Virus genome (UHGV): UHGV-0185973
Strand: one strand, 5' to 3'
Origin: a virus
DNA length: 64,000 bases
Below, piece after piece: positions 34,488 through 42,291 of this stretch (positions are counted from its first letter, which is position 1; each line of letters begins with the position of its first letter). The notes beneath the pieces are model-generated. The model saw only the letters and a program-made list of their open reading frames with translations. It was not told where the DNA came from and ran no database searches. The translations under genes and the position numbers were made by a program.

Positions 34488-34835
34488 ATGAAGACTTGTA
34501 TTAGGTGCAAACTTAGCAAGGATGAAAATGATTTCTACATGAAAGATGGTAGGAGAACTCATTCATACTGTAAAAAGTGTGTTAATGAGCAAACCATAGA
34601 AAGACAAAGAGCACTTAAACTTTCAGCTGTTGAGTACAAAGGTGGGGTTTGTCATGATTGTGGTAAAAGGTATCATCCAGCAGTGTATGACTTCCATCAT
34701 TTGAATCCTTCAGAGAAAGATTTTAACATTGGTCATAGAAAAAGTCTTAAGTTCTCTCAGGAGCTAAAGAACGAACTTGACAAATGTGTTTTGCTATGTT
34801 CAAATTGCCATAGGGTAAGACATGCAAAGTATTAG
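34488..34835 (+). CDS. HNH homing endonuclease
   Basis: CxxC zinc pairs (CIRC, CKKC, CHDC) and HNH core DFHHLNPSEKDFNIGHRK...LLCSNCHRVRH. Track ORF starts at 34443 inside the tRNA-like gene; ATG 34488 chosen. Confidence 0.75.
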   Translation: MKTCIRCKLSKDENDFYMKDGRRTHSYCKKCVNEQTIERQRALKLSAVEYKGGVCHDCGKRYHPAVYDFHHLNPSEKDFNIGHRKSLKFSQELKNELDKCVLLCSNCHRVRHAKY

Positions 34836-34972
34836 TTAGCAGATTGCTTAGACGACCTTAACGGGTCTCCTGTAAGGAGGTGGTCTGTATCTCATGTTTC
34901 CAGAGCATGTAAAAATATTCTGAGAAGGGGCTTTACAGTGTTGTGATAATACGGTAAGCTTCGAATTATAAT

Positions 34973-35055
34973 ATGGGACGATGTTAAGACTCTAAGGCAT
35001 GAGCAACGGCTTCCAACACCGTTTCAAAGGGGTTCAACTCCTCCGTCCCATGCCA
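34973..35055 (+). tRNA. atypical tRNA-like gene (anticodon CCA, Trp-like; oversized D region)
   Basis: Perfect acceptor ATGGGAC/GTCCCAT, loop TTCCAAC, T-loop TTCAACT, CCA; 26 nt between acceptor and anticodon stem (normal about 19). Confidence 0.45.
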
Positions 35056-35068
35056 AAGTCTTATTAGG

Positions 35069-35158
35069 GGTAGGTAGCGGCTAATGGTAGCCAAACTGTC
35101 TTGAAAACAGTTGCCACTGTAGAGATACGGTGAGGGTTCGACTCCTTTACTTACCGCC
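35069..35158 (+). tRNA. tRNA-Ser (anticodon TGA), class II
   Basis: Anticodon arm ACTGT-CTTGAAA-ACAGT, long variable arm, acceptor GGTAGGT/ACTTACC. Confidence 0.7.
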
Positions 35159-35406
35159 TAATAAGATTTAAAGCCGCGCTTCGTTCGGATGTTGCGTTAG
35201 GTTTCACTTCGTGTATTGTCGTACACGATGTTGAGAAAGCACCTAGTAGGTGTCACGGAGAAGAGATAGCATCAAGCTCTCCAAAGGTTCTAGTCACCGG
35301 ATTAAACAAGACTATGCAAAGACTGATTAGGTCTTTTTAGATAACTTCTGAGGCAAACTATACCATTGTTGCTTTGGGTCTTGGAAGTTCTCTACAAAGA
35401 TTTAAT

Positions 35407-35483
35407 GCACCTATAGCCCAATTGGAAGAGGCAGCAGACTTAGAATCTGTTCAGTGTGAGTTCGACTCTCTCTAGGTGTACCA
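35407..35483 (+). tRNA. class I tRNA with anticodon TAG (Leu codon CUA; isotype uncertain)
   Basis: Anticodon arm GCAGA-CTTAGAA-TCTGT, 5-nt variable loop, D-loop AATTGGAAGA, discriminator A, CCA. Confidence 0.6.
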
Positions 35484-35490
35484 AATTAAT

Positions 35491-35566
35491 GCAGGTGTAG
35501 CAAAATGGTTATGCGGCTGACTCTTAATCAGTAAGACGATGGGTTCAATTCCCTCCACCTGTACCA
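35491..35566 (+). tRNA. tRNA-Lys (anticodon CTT)
   Basis: Anticodon arm GCTGA-CTCTTAA-TCAGT; T-arm nearly identical to the TTT Lys tRNA; CCA. Confidence 0.65.
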
Positions 35567-35572
35567 AACATT

Positions 35573-35648
35573 GGGGATGTAGTTTACATGGTTAAAACAT
35601 AAGTTTTGCAAACTTAAGTACAGGGTTCAATTCCATGCTTCTCCACCA
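35573..35648 (+). tRNA. tRNA-Ala (anticodon TGC)
   Basis: Anticodon arm TAAGT-TTTGCAA-ACTTA, T-loop TTCAATT, CCA. Confidence 0.75.
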
Positions 35649-35654
35649 ATTAGT

Positions 35655-35729
35655 GCATCCATAGTTTAAACGGGAAAATTACAGTCTTCCAAACTGAGGT
35701 TGAGGGTTCGATTCCCTCTGGATGCTCCA
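35655..35729 (+). tRNA. tRNA-Gly (anticodon TCC)
   Basis: Loop CTTCCAA, T-arm GAGGGTTCGATTCCCTC, acceptor GCATCCA/TGGATGC, CCA. Confidence 0.75.
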
Positions 35730-35735
35730 ATTCAT

Positions 35736-35811
35736 GCTCCTATCGTATAACTGGCTATTACGGTTGTCTTGTAAGCAACTTATCAGGGTTCGAATCCTTG
35801 TGGGAGCACCA
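35736..35811 (+). tRNA. tRNA-Thr (anticodon TGT)
   Basis: Anticodon arm GTTGT-CTTGTAA-GCAAC, T-arm CAGGGTTCGAATCCTTG, CCA. Confidence 0.75.
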
Positions 35812-35905
35812 ATTTGAGGTCAAGTGAAAGACCGCTTGAGTCAACTGAAGACCGTAACAAATTCCACGGAGTTGAGTTAGCGGCACAACTTCAGACCTCT
35901 TTAAA
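35812..35905 (+). ncRNA. candidate structured small RNA between tRNAs
   Basis: About 90 nt with long-range complementarity (GAGGTC 35816-35821 with GACCTC 35893-35898; CTGAAG with CTTCAG) and no ORF or tRNA fold. Confidence 0.3.
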
Positions 35906-35980
35906 GCTCGCTTAGTTTATATGGTAAAGCCCCATCCTTACAAGTTGGTGAAGAAGGTTCAAGTCCTTCAGCGAGTACCA
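35906..35980 (+). tRNA. tRNA-Val (anticodon TAC)
   Basis: Loop CTTACAA, T-arm GAAGGTTCAAGTCCTTC, acceptor GCTCGCT/AGCGAGT, CCA. Confidence 0.75.
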
Positions 35981-35981
35981 A

Positions 35982-36059
35982 GTTCCAGTATCCCAATTGG
36001 CAGAGGATGCAAGCTCAAACCTTGTATTAGTGACGGTTCGAATCCGTCTTGGAACACCA
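35982..36059 (+). tRNA. class I tRNA with anticodon CAA (Leu codon UUG; isotype uncertain)
   Basis: Anticodon arm GCAAG-CTCAAAC-CTTGT, 6-nt variable region, T-arm GACGGTTCGAATCCGTC, discriminator A, CCA. Confidence 0.6.
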
Positions 36060-36076
36060 AATTTTAGGAGATTCCT

Positions 36077-36289
36077 ATGAAGCCTTATGGTAGACACGGT
36101 AAAGTTGAAATTGCAAGTTGTGGTTGCTGTGCTTCTCACGATGGTGAAGAAGATTACTACAAGTGGCGTACAGACCATCGTAGACGCTTTCTCAGAAGAG
36201 ATAAGAAGAAAGCTAGACAGGAATCTCGAAAAGATATTGCAGAATTAGTTCAAATGGATAGAGCAGCAACCTACGAAGTTGTTAGTTAG
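36077..36289 (+). CDS. small hypothetical protein; 3' end overlaps tRNA-Arg
   Basis: AGGAG RBS 6 nt before ATG; Cys-rich N-terminus (CGCC), basic middle; last about 50 nt overlap tRNA-Arg(ACG). Confidence 0.3.
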   Translation: MKPYGRHGKVEIASCGCCASHDGEEDYYKWRTDHRRRFLRRDKKKARQESRKDIAELVQMDRAATYEVVS

Positions 36290-36312
36290 GGGTTCGAATC
36301 CCTTATTCTGCA
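36239..36312 (+). tRNA. tRNA-Arg (anticodon ACG)
   Basis: D-arm GTTCAAATGGATAGAGC, anticodon arm GCAAC-CTACGAA-GTTGT, T-arm AGGGGTTCGAATCCCTT, acceptor GCAGAAT/ATTCTGC; CCA not encoded. Confidence 0.7.
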
Positions 36313-36333
36313 CAAATTTTAGAAGGTAATTAT

Positions 36334-36561
36334 ATGCGTAAACTCATTATTGAAAGGCATAAAGATGCTGACAAGATTGAAACAACACAAGTTGGGGACA
36401 CTGACTTCATTCTTGTAGGTTGGAAATGTGACCCAATAGCAGCTATGAAGGTTGTTCATGGTTTTGCAGGAATTGAATTTAATCAAATCATATTTGAAAC
36501 GCTATTACCAGAAAATCAGGATACGTGTAATAACGCATATATCCTGACAAGAGTTCGTTAG
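36334..36561 (+). CDS. small hypothetical protein within tRNA cluster
   Basis: 75-aa ORF between tRNA genes. Confidence 0.4.
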   Translation: MRKLIIERHKDADKIETTQVGDTDFILVGWKCDPIAAMKVVHGFAGIEFNQIIFETLLPENQDTCNNAYILTRVR

Positions 36562-36635
36562 GGGATTAGTTTACAAGGTTAAAACCTCGGTCTTTGAAAT
36601 CGAAGAAGTTGGTTCAATTCCAACATCCCCCGCCA
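36560..36635 (+). tRNA. tRNA-Gln (anticodon TTG)
   Basis: Anticodon arm TCGGT-CTTTGAA-ATCGA, T-loop TTCAATT, CCA. Confidence 0.7.
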
Positions 36636-36637
36636 AT

Positions 36638-36716
36638 GCTCCATTACTCCAATTGGCAGAGAGGCCAGACTTAAAATCTGTGTTATGTATCGGTTCGAAT
36701 CCGATATGGAGTACCA
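36638..36716 (+). tRNA. class I tRNA with anticodon TAA (Leu codon UUA; isotype uncertain)
   Basis: Anticodon arm CCAGA-CTTAAAA-TCTGT (near-identical to the TAG tRNA), 7-nt variable region, T-arm ATCGGTTCGAATCCGAT, discriminator A, CCA. Confidence 0.6.
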
Positions 36717-36722
36717 AATATT

Positions 36723-36798
36723 AGCAGTGTAGCATAACTGGCAATGCTCCAGCCTCTGAAGCTGAAAGATTAAGGTTCAAATCCTTACACTGCTGCCA
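36723..36798 (+). tRNA. tRNA-Gln (anticodon CTG)
   Basis: Loop CTCTGAA, T-arm TAAGGTTCAAATCCTTA, acceptor AGCAGTG/CACTGCT, CCA. Confidence 0.7.
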
Positions 36799-36829
36799 CT
36801 TCTAAGGGTTCTTACGAGAGTCCTTAAAT

Positions 36830-36906
36830 GTGGCCTTATCATAAATGGATAATGACCCATGCTGTGAACATGGTCTATACGGGTTCGATTCCCGTAGGTC
36901 ACCCCA
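36830..36906 (+). tRNA. tRNA-His (anticodon GTG)
   Basis: Anticodon arm CCATG-CTGTGAA-CATGG, T-arm ACGGGTTCGATTCCCGT, CCA. Confidence 0.75.
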
Positions 36907-36913
36907 ATTTTAA

Positions 36914-36990
36914 TAGCTCAATTAGCTTATATGGTTAAAGCGCGTGTCTGAAAAACATGAGAACAGGGTTCAAATCCCGATGGGCTACCA
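36914..36990 (+). tRNA. tRNA-Phe (anticodon GAA)
   Basis: Anticodon arm CGTGT-CTGAAAA-ACATG, T-loop TTCAAAT, CCA; exact 5' boundary uncertain by 1-2 nt. Confidence 0.65.
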
Positions 36991-37006
36991 ACTTTATAGG
37001 TGCATA

Positions 37007-37741
37007 ATGAAAGAGATGACAGGACAAGGTAAAGAGATTTTCAATCTCCTTAAATCCGGTAACGGGTTCTCTAACCCTCTTATTACTGGTGCAGCAGTTC
37101 TTGGTGGTACAGTTGCTGCTTCTCAGTCATTAATCACTTCAATTAGTTCTGTATCAGACCCAGCTACCCAGCAAATCCTTATTGCTGCTGGCTTGACAAC
37201 TGCCTTACTAAGCAGCTTTACAACAAGCCTTGGTAGCACCACTTCAACGACAACTACTTTAACTGACTATGGACAGAAGTCTGTAGATGAGTTTTCACAG
37301 CGTATGCAGGTAGCCAAAGGATACTCTAATGTTATGGGAGCAGCGGGTGAACAAGTTGGATGTACACCGTTTAGTGGAATCATGGGAGTTGCTACTGAAT
37401 ACGGTAACAAGGCTATGGATTTGATTAACACCTCCATAGATGCCGTAAACAGCGTTCTAAGCGACTTACAGGATGCAATTGATAAAGGACTAGCAACCAT
37501 CTCTGACCTCGCTACACAAGCTGTTACAGCGATTAATGAAGGTATGGCAAAGATTACTGCCTACGCTAATGAAGTGGCTCAGATGATTGCAGACGAAGCA
37601 GCAATGATTGCAGAGTATCTAAAAACCAATATTAATGGTTTCCTTGCAAATGTTTTACCAGATTGGTTTAACGATGATTGTAAGACGGGTGTAATTGATA
37701 CAATTGCAACTCCAGAGATGAAAGAAGCTCTAAACAAATAA
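37007..37741 (+). CDS. hypothetical Ser/Thr-rich protein
   Basis: Start moved to ATG 37007 (AGGTG RBS) because track ORF 36944 begins inside tRNA-Phe. Confidence 0.45.
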   Translation: MKEMTGQGKEIFNLLKSGNGFSNPLITGAAVLGGTVAASQSLITSISSVSDPATQQILIAAGLTTALLSSFTTSLGSTTSTTTTLTDYGQKSVDEFSQRMQVAKGYSNVMGAAGEQVGCTPFSGIMGVATEYGNKAMDLINTSIDAVNSVLSDLQDAIDKGLATISDLATQAVTAINEGMAKITAYANEVAQMIADEAAMIAEYLKTNINGFLANVLPDWFNDDCKTGVIDTIATPEMKEALNK

Positions 37742-37744
37742 TTT

Positions 37745-37837
37745 GGAAGATTAACCCTAAAAGGTAAGGGAGCAGTTTGCTAAACTGCCAGTAGCTGAGA
37801 AATTGGTGTACCAGTTCAAGTCTGGTATCTTCCTCCA
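37745..37837 (+). tRNA. tRNA-Ser (anticodon GCT), class II
   Basis: Acceptor GGAAGAT/ATCTTCC, anticodon arm GCAGT-TTGCTAA-ACTGC, long variable arm, CCA. Confidence 0.75.
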
Positions 37838-37843
37838 AATTTT

Positions 37844-37919
37844 GCATTGGTGTCAGAAATGGATATGTACCTGTCTGCAAAACAGGTTTATGAGGGTTCG
37901 AGTCCCTTCCAATGCTCCA
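37844..37919 (+). tRNA. tRNA-Cys (anticodon GCA)
   Basis: Anticodon arm CCTGT-CTGCAAA-ACAGG, T-arm GAGGGTTCGAGTCCCTT, acceptor GCATTGG/CCAATGC, CCA. Confidence 0.75.
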
Positions 37920-37953
37920 ATTTACTTTAATATCTCTCTCTCAAAGTATATAT

Positions 37954-38014
37954 GCCCTGCTATGAGTATTCTCCCTTTCGCTACCGGAGAGTATTTTTAG
38001 ACAGGGCTTTTTTA
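37954..38014 (+). terminator. compound rho-independent terminator ending the tRNA cluster
   Basis: Nested stems (GCCCTG...CAGGGC and TCTCC...GGAGA) each followed by T-runs. Confidence 0.6.
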
Positions 38015-38079
38015 TAGAGTTATACTTTATAGGAAAGACCTATACAGTATGTCTCTGACATACATTGTGGTTTCTCCTT

Positions 38080-38104
38080 GACGGTCTCTGCGCCGTCTTT
38101 TTTC
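38080..38104 (+). terminator. rho-independent terminator
   Basis: GACGG-tctctgcg-CCGTC followed by TTTTTT. Confidence 0.6.
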
Positions 38105-38141
38105 AGGGGAACCATTAACTTATTATCTTTGGAGAAATACA

Positions 38142-38342
38142 ATGAACGAGACTAACATTTATAAAGATTTTTACGAAGCACAGCAGCAAGTTAATCTGCT
38201 GAAAAATACTATCATGTCTATTGCTGAACGTCTAATTACGGCTACCGGTATTAAACCAGAAGAAGCAACAATGGACAGTCTTCTTGATGCTGTAGATGCC
38301 AAGTTTGGTGTATGTAAAGAAGAAGAAGCTAAACCTGAATAA
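38142..38342 (+). CDS. small hypothetical protein upstream of terminase (possible small terminase-associated protein)
   Basis: 66-aa acidic ORF with GGAG RBS, directly before the large terminase gene. Confidence 0.4.
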   Translation: MNETNIYKDFYEAQQQVNLLKNTIMSIAERLITATGIKPEEATMDSLLDAVDAKFGVCKEEEAKPE

Positions 38343-38363
38343 TTCTATTTGCAGAGGTGCTTA

Positions 38364-39965
38364 ATGGATTTAAATGCTATTAAGCAGAAGCGAGTGGAAG
38401 ATGTAAGGAAAGTCCTAGCTGGAGAGTTGGGGCTTTCTGAAGAAGTAAAAGAAATTATCAAATCATTTGGTAAAGACCCGTCTAAATTCCTTCCTACTCA
38501 GATTCTGACTTTATTAAGATATTCACCAGACCAAGTAAGACTCATCTTTAAATTGATGACTGACAAGAACTACGTAGCTCCACAGCCTGGGTCTCAGGAA
38601 GTATTCTTGAACACTAATGCTGACTTGGTGCTATATGGTGGTGCTGCTGGTGCTGGTAAAACGGCTGCCCTTTTAATGGACTCATTACGATTCATTGAAG
38701 ACCCTAACTATAATGCTGTATATTTCCGTCGAAATACTACGCAGCTACAAGGGGGTTTATGGCCTGCTGCTAAAAAGCTATTTGGTAAGTTTGGTGGTAC
38801 TCCACACGAACAGAAAATGACTATTACATTCCCTTCAGGAGCTACTATTAAGTTTACTTACTTGGAACTTGAAAAACACTCAGAAGGTCACCAAGGGATT
38901 GAATACTCTGCTATCTACTTTGACGAAGGTACACACTTCTCAGCTTCACAGATTTCATATCTGCAAACACGTTTACGTTCTGGTGCTGAAGGTGACTCAT
39001 ACATGAAGATTTCTATGAACCCTGATAGAGACCACTTCATCTATGATTGGGTAGAACCTTTCCTTGATGAAGACGGTTATCCAGACCCTGACAAGTGCGG
39101 TAGAATTCGTTGGTATGTTATGAATGATGGTGTGATGGTTTCTGATTGGGACAGAGATAAGATTCTCGAAATGTTTCCTCTTGAGATTCCTCAAACATAT
39201 ACCTTCATTTCTGGTACAATTGATGATAACCCAATCCTTGACTTCTTGGAGCCTAAGTATCGTGGTAAGCTTGAAAACAACACTCCAGTTAACGTAGCAA
39301 GACTTCGTTTTGGTAACTGGAAAGCTCGTGCTGAAGGTTCTAACTATTGGCAAAGGCAATGGTGTGAGATTGTTGACAGTGTTCCACCAGATATCTTTGA
39401 TGTTCGAGCATGGGACTTAGCGGCTACTTTACCATCTGAAGTCAACCCTAACCCTGACTGGACAGCGGGTGTCAGAATGGCTAAATCTAAAAAAGATGGT
39501 TGCTATTATGTCATGAACGTAGTAAGATTTAGGGATAGACCTTCTGGAGTCGAGACACAAATTAACTTGACTGCTGAAAGCGACGGTAAGCGCACAGGTA
39601 TTTTTATCCCTCAAGACCCCGGCGCTGCTGGTAAATCCTACGCAACATCCCTTATCAGAAAGCTTGCTGAGAAAGGCTACAGAGCAAGAGCAAAACCAAC
39701 AAACAAAGATAAAGTCACCCGTTTTGCGGGTTTCTCTGCTGCTTCTGAAGCAGGATTGGTTAAGATTGTCAGAGGTAGCTGGAACGAAGCTTACTTCCAA
39801 GAACTAGAAGGTTTTTGTGGAGATGGTAAGACCAAGGATGACCAAGTGGATGCTACAAGTGATGCTTTCAACAGTCTCAATGAGGTAAAACTGTTTAAGC
39901 CACCTTCAATGGGAACTCACACAGATTTAGTGAGAAATAACCCTTATGAGGGACTTAGACGCTAA
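38364..39965 (+). CDS. terminase large subunit
   Basis: Walker A VLYGGAAGAGKT and Walker B-like AIYFDEG; C-terminal nuclease-size domain; start at ATG 38364 (track ORF begins TTG at 38349). Confidence 0.8.
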   Translation: MDLNAIKQKRVEDVRKVLAGELGLSEEVKEIIKSFGKDPSKFLPTQILTLLRYSPDQVRLIFKLMTDKNYVAPQPGSQEVFLNTNADLVLYGGAAGAGKTAALLMDSLRFIEDPNYNAVYFRRNTTQLQGGLWPAAKKLFGKFGGTPHEQKMTITFPSGATIKFTYLELEKHSEGHQGIEYSAIYFDEGTHFSASQISYLQTRLRSGAEGDSYMKISMNPDRDHFIYDWVEPFLDEDGYPDPDKCGRIRWYVMNDGVMVSDWDRDKILEMFPLEIPQTYTFISGTIDDNPILDFLEPKYRGKLENNTPVNVARLRFGNWKARAEGSNYWQRQWCEIVDSVPPDIFDVRAWDLAATLPSEVNPNPDWTAGVRMAKSKKDGCYYVMNVVRFRDRPSGVETQINLTAESDGKRTGIFIPQDPGAAGKSYATSLIRKLAEKGYRARAKPTNKDKVTRFAGFSAASEAGLVKIVRGSWNEAYFQELEGFCGDGKTKDDQVDATSDAFNSLNEVKLFKPPSMGTHTDLVRNNPYEGLRR

Positions 39966-39981
39966 TGAAGCGGTGAGATGA

Positions 39982-41448
39982 ATGACAGATATTACAGAAA
40001 CACAAGAAAGCCTACCACCATTTAGAATGGGTGAGGTTGGGAGTCTTGGTATCAAAGTTCGTAATGGAAGAATCTATGAAGAACCTAGACAAGCCTTAAG
40101 ATTCCCAGAAAGTATCAAGACTTTCCAACTTATGATGCGTGACCCTGCTGTAGCAGCATCTGTAAACATTATTAAGATGTTTGTTAGAAAAGTCAACTGG
40201 AGATTTGTTCCACCGAAAGGTAAAGAGCAAGACCAGAAGATGATTGAGCGAGCAGACTTCTTTAACTCTCTGATGGATGACATGGAGCATGATTGGGCTG
40301 ACTTTATTAACTCTGTAATGTCATTCTGTACTTACGGATTCTGCGTGAATGAGAAAGTTTACAAGAAGCGTCAGGGTAATAAAGGGAAATATCCTTCAAG
40401 ATATAATGACGGATTAATTGGTTGGGCTAAACTCCCAATTAGAAATCAGTCAACTCTTGATAAGTGGTATTTTGACGAAGACTACAGAAAAGTAATTGGT
40501 GTTAGACAGAACCTTAGAAATGTTTCACATATTGCTGGAGCAATTAATCTTGGAGAAAGACCTCTGACAAGGAAACTTCCAAGAAGTAAATTTATGCTGT
40601 TCAAATATGACGACGAATATGGAAACCCAGAGGGACGTTCACCATTACTTAATGCTTATGTACCTTGGAAATATAAAGTTCAGATTGAAGAGTACGAAGC
40701 TGTAGGTGTTTCCAGAGACTTAGTAGGTATGCCAAAGATTGGTTTACCACCTGATTATCTGGATGAGAATGCAGAACCTGAAAAGAAAGCTTTCGTAGAA
40801 TACTGCAAAGCTGTAGTAAATGATATGATTGCAAATGACCGAGCAGGTTTAATCTGGCCTAGATTTATCGACCCAGAAACTAAAGAGGATATTTTCGAGT
40901 TCTCCCTAGTTTCTAGACAGGGTGCTAAAGCATACGACACAGGGGCTATCATTGACCGTTATTCAAAACAGATTATGATGGCGTTTATGTCCGATGTACT
41001 TGCAATGGGACAATCAAAGTACGGTTCATTCTCTTTGGCAGATTCTAAGACAAGCTTACTGGCAATGTCTGTAGATATTCTTCTGAAACAAATTAAGAAC
41101 GTTATTAATCGTGACCTAGTAGCACAGACTTATGCTCTTAATATGTGGGATGATGAAGAACACGTCGAAATTGTCTATGACGATATTGAAACCCCAGACC
41201 TAGAAGCTATCGGTGCTTATATTCAGAAGACCGTTGCAGTTGGTGCTATGGAAGTTGACAAGCAATTGTCAGATAAGCTTAGAGAGAATATTGGCTTGCC
41301 ACCTGCTGATGAATCTAAACCTGTGTCTGAAGCTTTATCTCCAAATACTCAGAGTCGTTCTGGTGATGGTTATAAGACTGCTGGAGAGGGAACTGCTAAG
41401 ACTCCTTCAGCAAAAGACCCAAGTACAGCTAATAAGGCAAACAAATAA
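39982..41448 (+). CDS. portal protein (putative)
   Basis: 488-aa ORF immediately after the large terminase; acidic/basic C-terminal tail. Confidence 0.6.
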   Translation: MTDITETQESLPPFRMGEVGSLGIKVRNGRIYEEPRQALRFPESIKTFQLMMRDPAVAASVNIIKMFVRKVNWRFVPPKGKEQDQKMIERADFFNSLMDDMEHDWADFINSVMSFCTYGFCVNEKVYKKRQGNKGKYPSRYNDGLIGWAKLPIRNQSTLDKWYFDEDYRKVIGVRQNLRNVSHIAGAINLGERPLTRKLPRSKFMLFKYDDEYGNPEGRSPLLNAYVPWKYKVQIEEYEAVGVSRDLVGMPKIGLPPDYLDENAEPEKKAFVEYCKAVVNDMIANDRAGLIWPRFIDPETKEDIFEFSLVSRQGAKAYDTGAIIDRYSKQIMMAFMSDVLAMGQSKYGSFSLADSKTSLLAMSVDILLKQIKNVINRDLVAQTYALNMWDDEEHVEIVYDDIETPDLEAIGAYIQKTVAVGAMEVDKQLSDKLRENIGLPPADESKPVSEALSPNTQSRSGDGYKTAGEGTAKTPSAKDPSTANKANK

Positions 41449-41948
41449 TGGCAGAAGTTATCTCTATTTCCAATGCTACGAGAGTGCATTCTTATAGAGG
41501 TGTCTTAGTCATTACTGACAATTTAACTGTGGAGGCTGGCTCAAGGGTCAGCCTTACAGGGTTTGTTAGTGATGGTGGAACCTCGAATGTTTTCACAATT
41601 TGCAGGTTACTTGATGCTCTAATGAGCGGAAAATCGTTTATTTCACAAAATTGTTACGAAATTGTTAAAATTCCATTTGACAGTTCATGCCTTTTGGGTG
41701 TAAAGTTATATAACTGTGAGAATAAACGTATTAACGTTAACAGCGTTGAAGCTGCTTTCATTACCATTGACACAGCATTTCAATCCCCTATGACAGTAAA
41801 CAAAGAGACTAACAGACTTGAATACATTTTTTCACAAAATGATTACAAAGTACTTGTCAAAGGTAAAGTTTATGATATGATTGTAAATGTGGTGGATGAA
41901 TCTGGTAACCATTCAACAGCCCTTAAACAGAAAGTAAGGTTTAATTAA
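41448..41948 (+). CDS. hypothetical head-module protein
   Basis: Between portal and protease genes; ATGA-type overlap. Confidence 0.45.
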   Translation: MAEVISISNATRVHSYRGVLVITDNLTVEAGSRVSLTGFVSDGGTSNVFTICRLLDALMSGKSFISQNCYEIVKIPFDSSCLLGVKLYNCENKRINVNSVEAAFITIDTAFQSPMTVNKETNRLEYIFSQNDYKVLVKGKVYDMIVNVVDESGNHSTALKQKVRFN

Positions 41949-42280
41949 TGGGAACATTAACTATTGATGGTAAGAATAAAATCCTAGCCACACTAACCCC
42001 GACGACAATTGTTTTACACAATGTAGACCCAACGGCAGACCCTACAGCAAACAAGGTTACTCAGCCAGTGGCTATTCTATTTTCAGAACCTAACAACGGG
42101 CTAATTGCCTCAGAAGATGCAGTTAATATTACTGTACCAGCTTCTGCTACGGTTTCTCATTATAGCCTGTGGGATGACAATAACAAGTGCATGGCAACGG
42201 GTGCTTTAAGTAGTCCTCAATTCTTTGCTGAAGAAGGTATTTATGTTATCTCTTCAGTATCTGTGGATTTAAACAAATAG
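41948..42280 (+). CDS. hypothetical head-module protein
   Basis: 110-aa ORF in the head module. Confidence 0.45.
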   Translation: MGTLTIDGKNKILATLTPTTIVLHNVDPTADPTANKVTQPVAILFSEPNNGLIASEDAVNITVPASATVSHYSLWDDNNKCMATGALSSPQFFAEEGIYVISSVSVDLNK

Positions 42281-42291
42281 GGTGAAAAAGA

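Noticed and set aside
32625-37919. tRNA cluster as a prophage integration site or host tRNA island
   Set aside because: No integrase, attachment-site repeats or host genes are present; the tRNAs are phage-encoded and interleaved with phage HNH and small ORFs.
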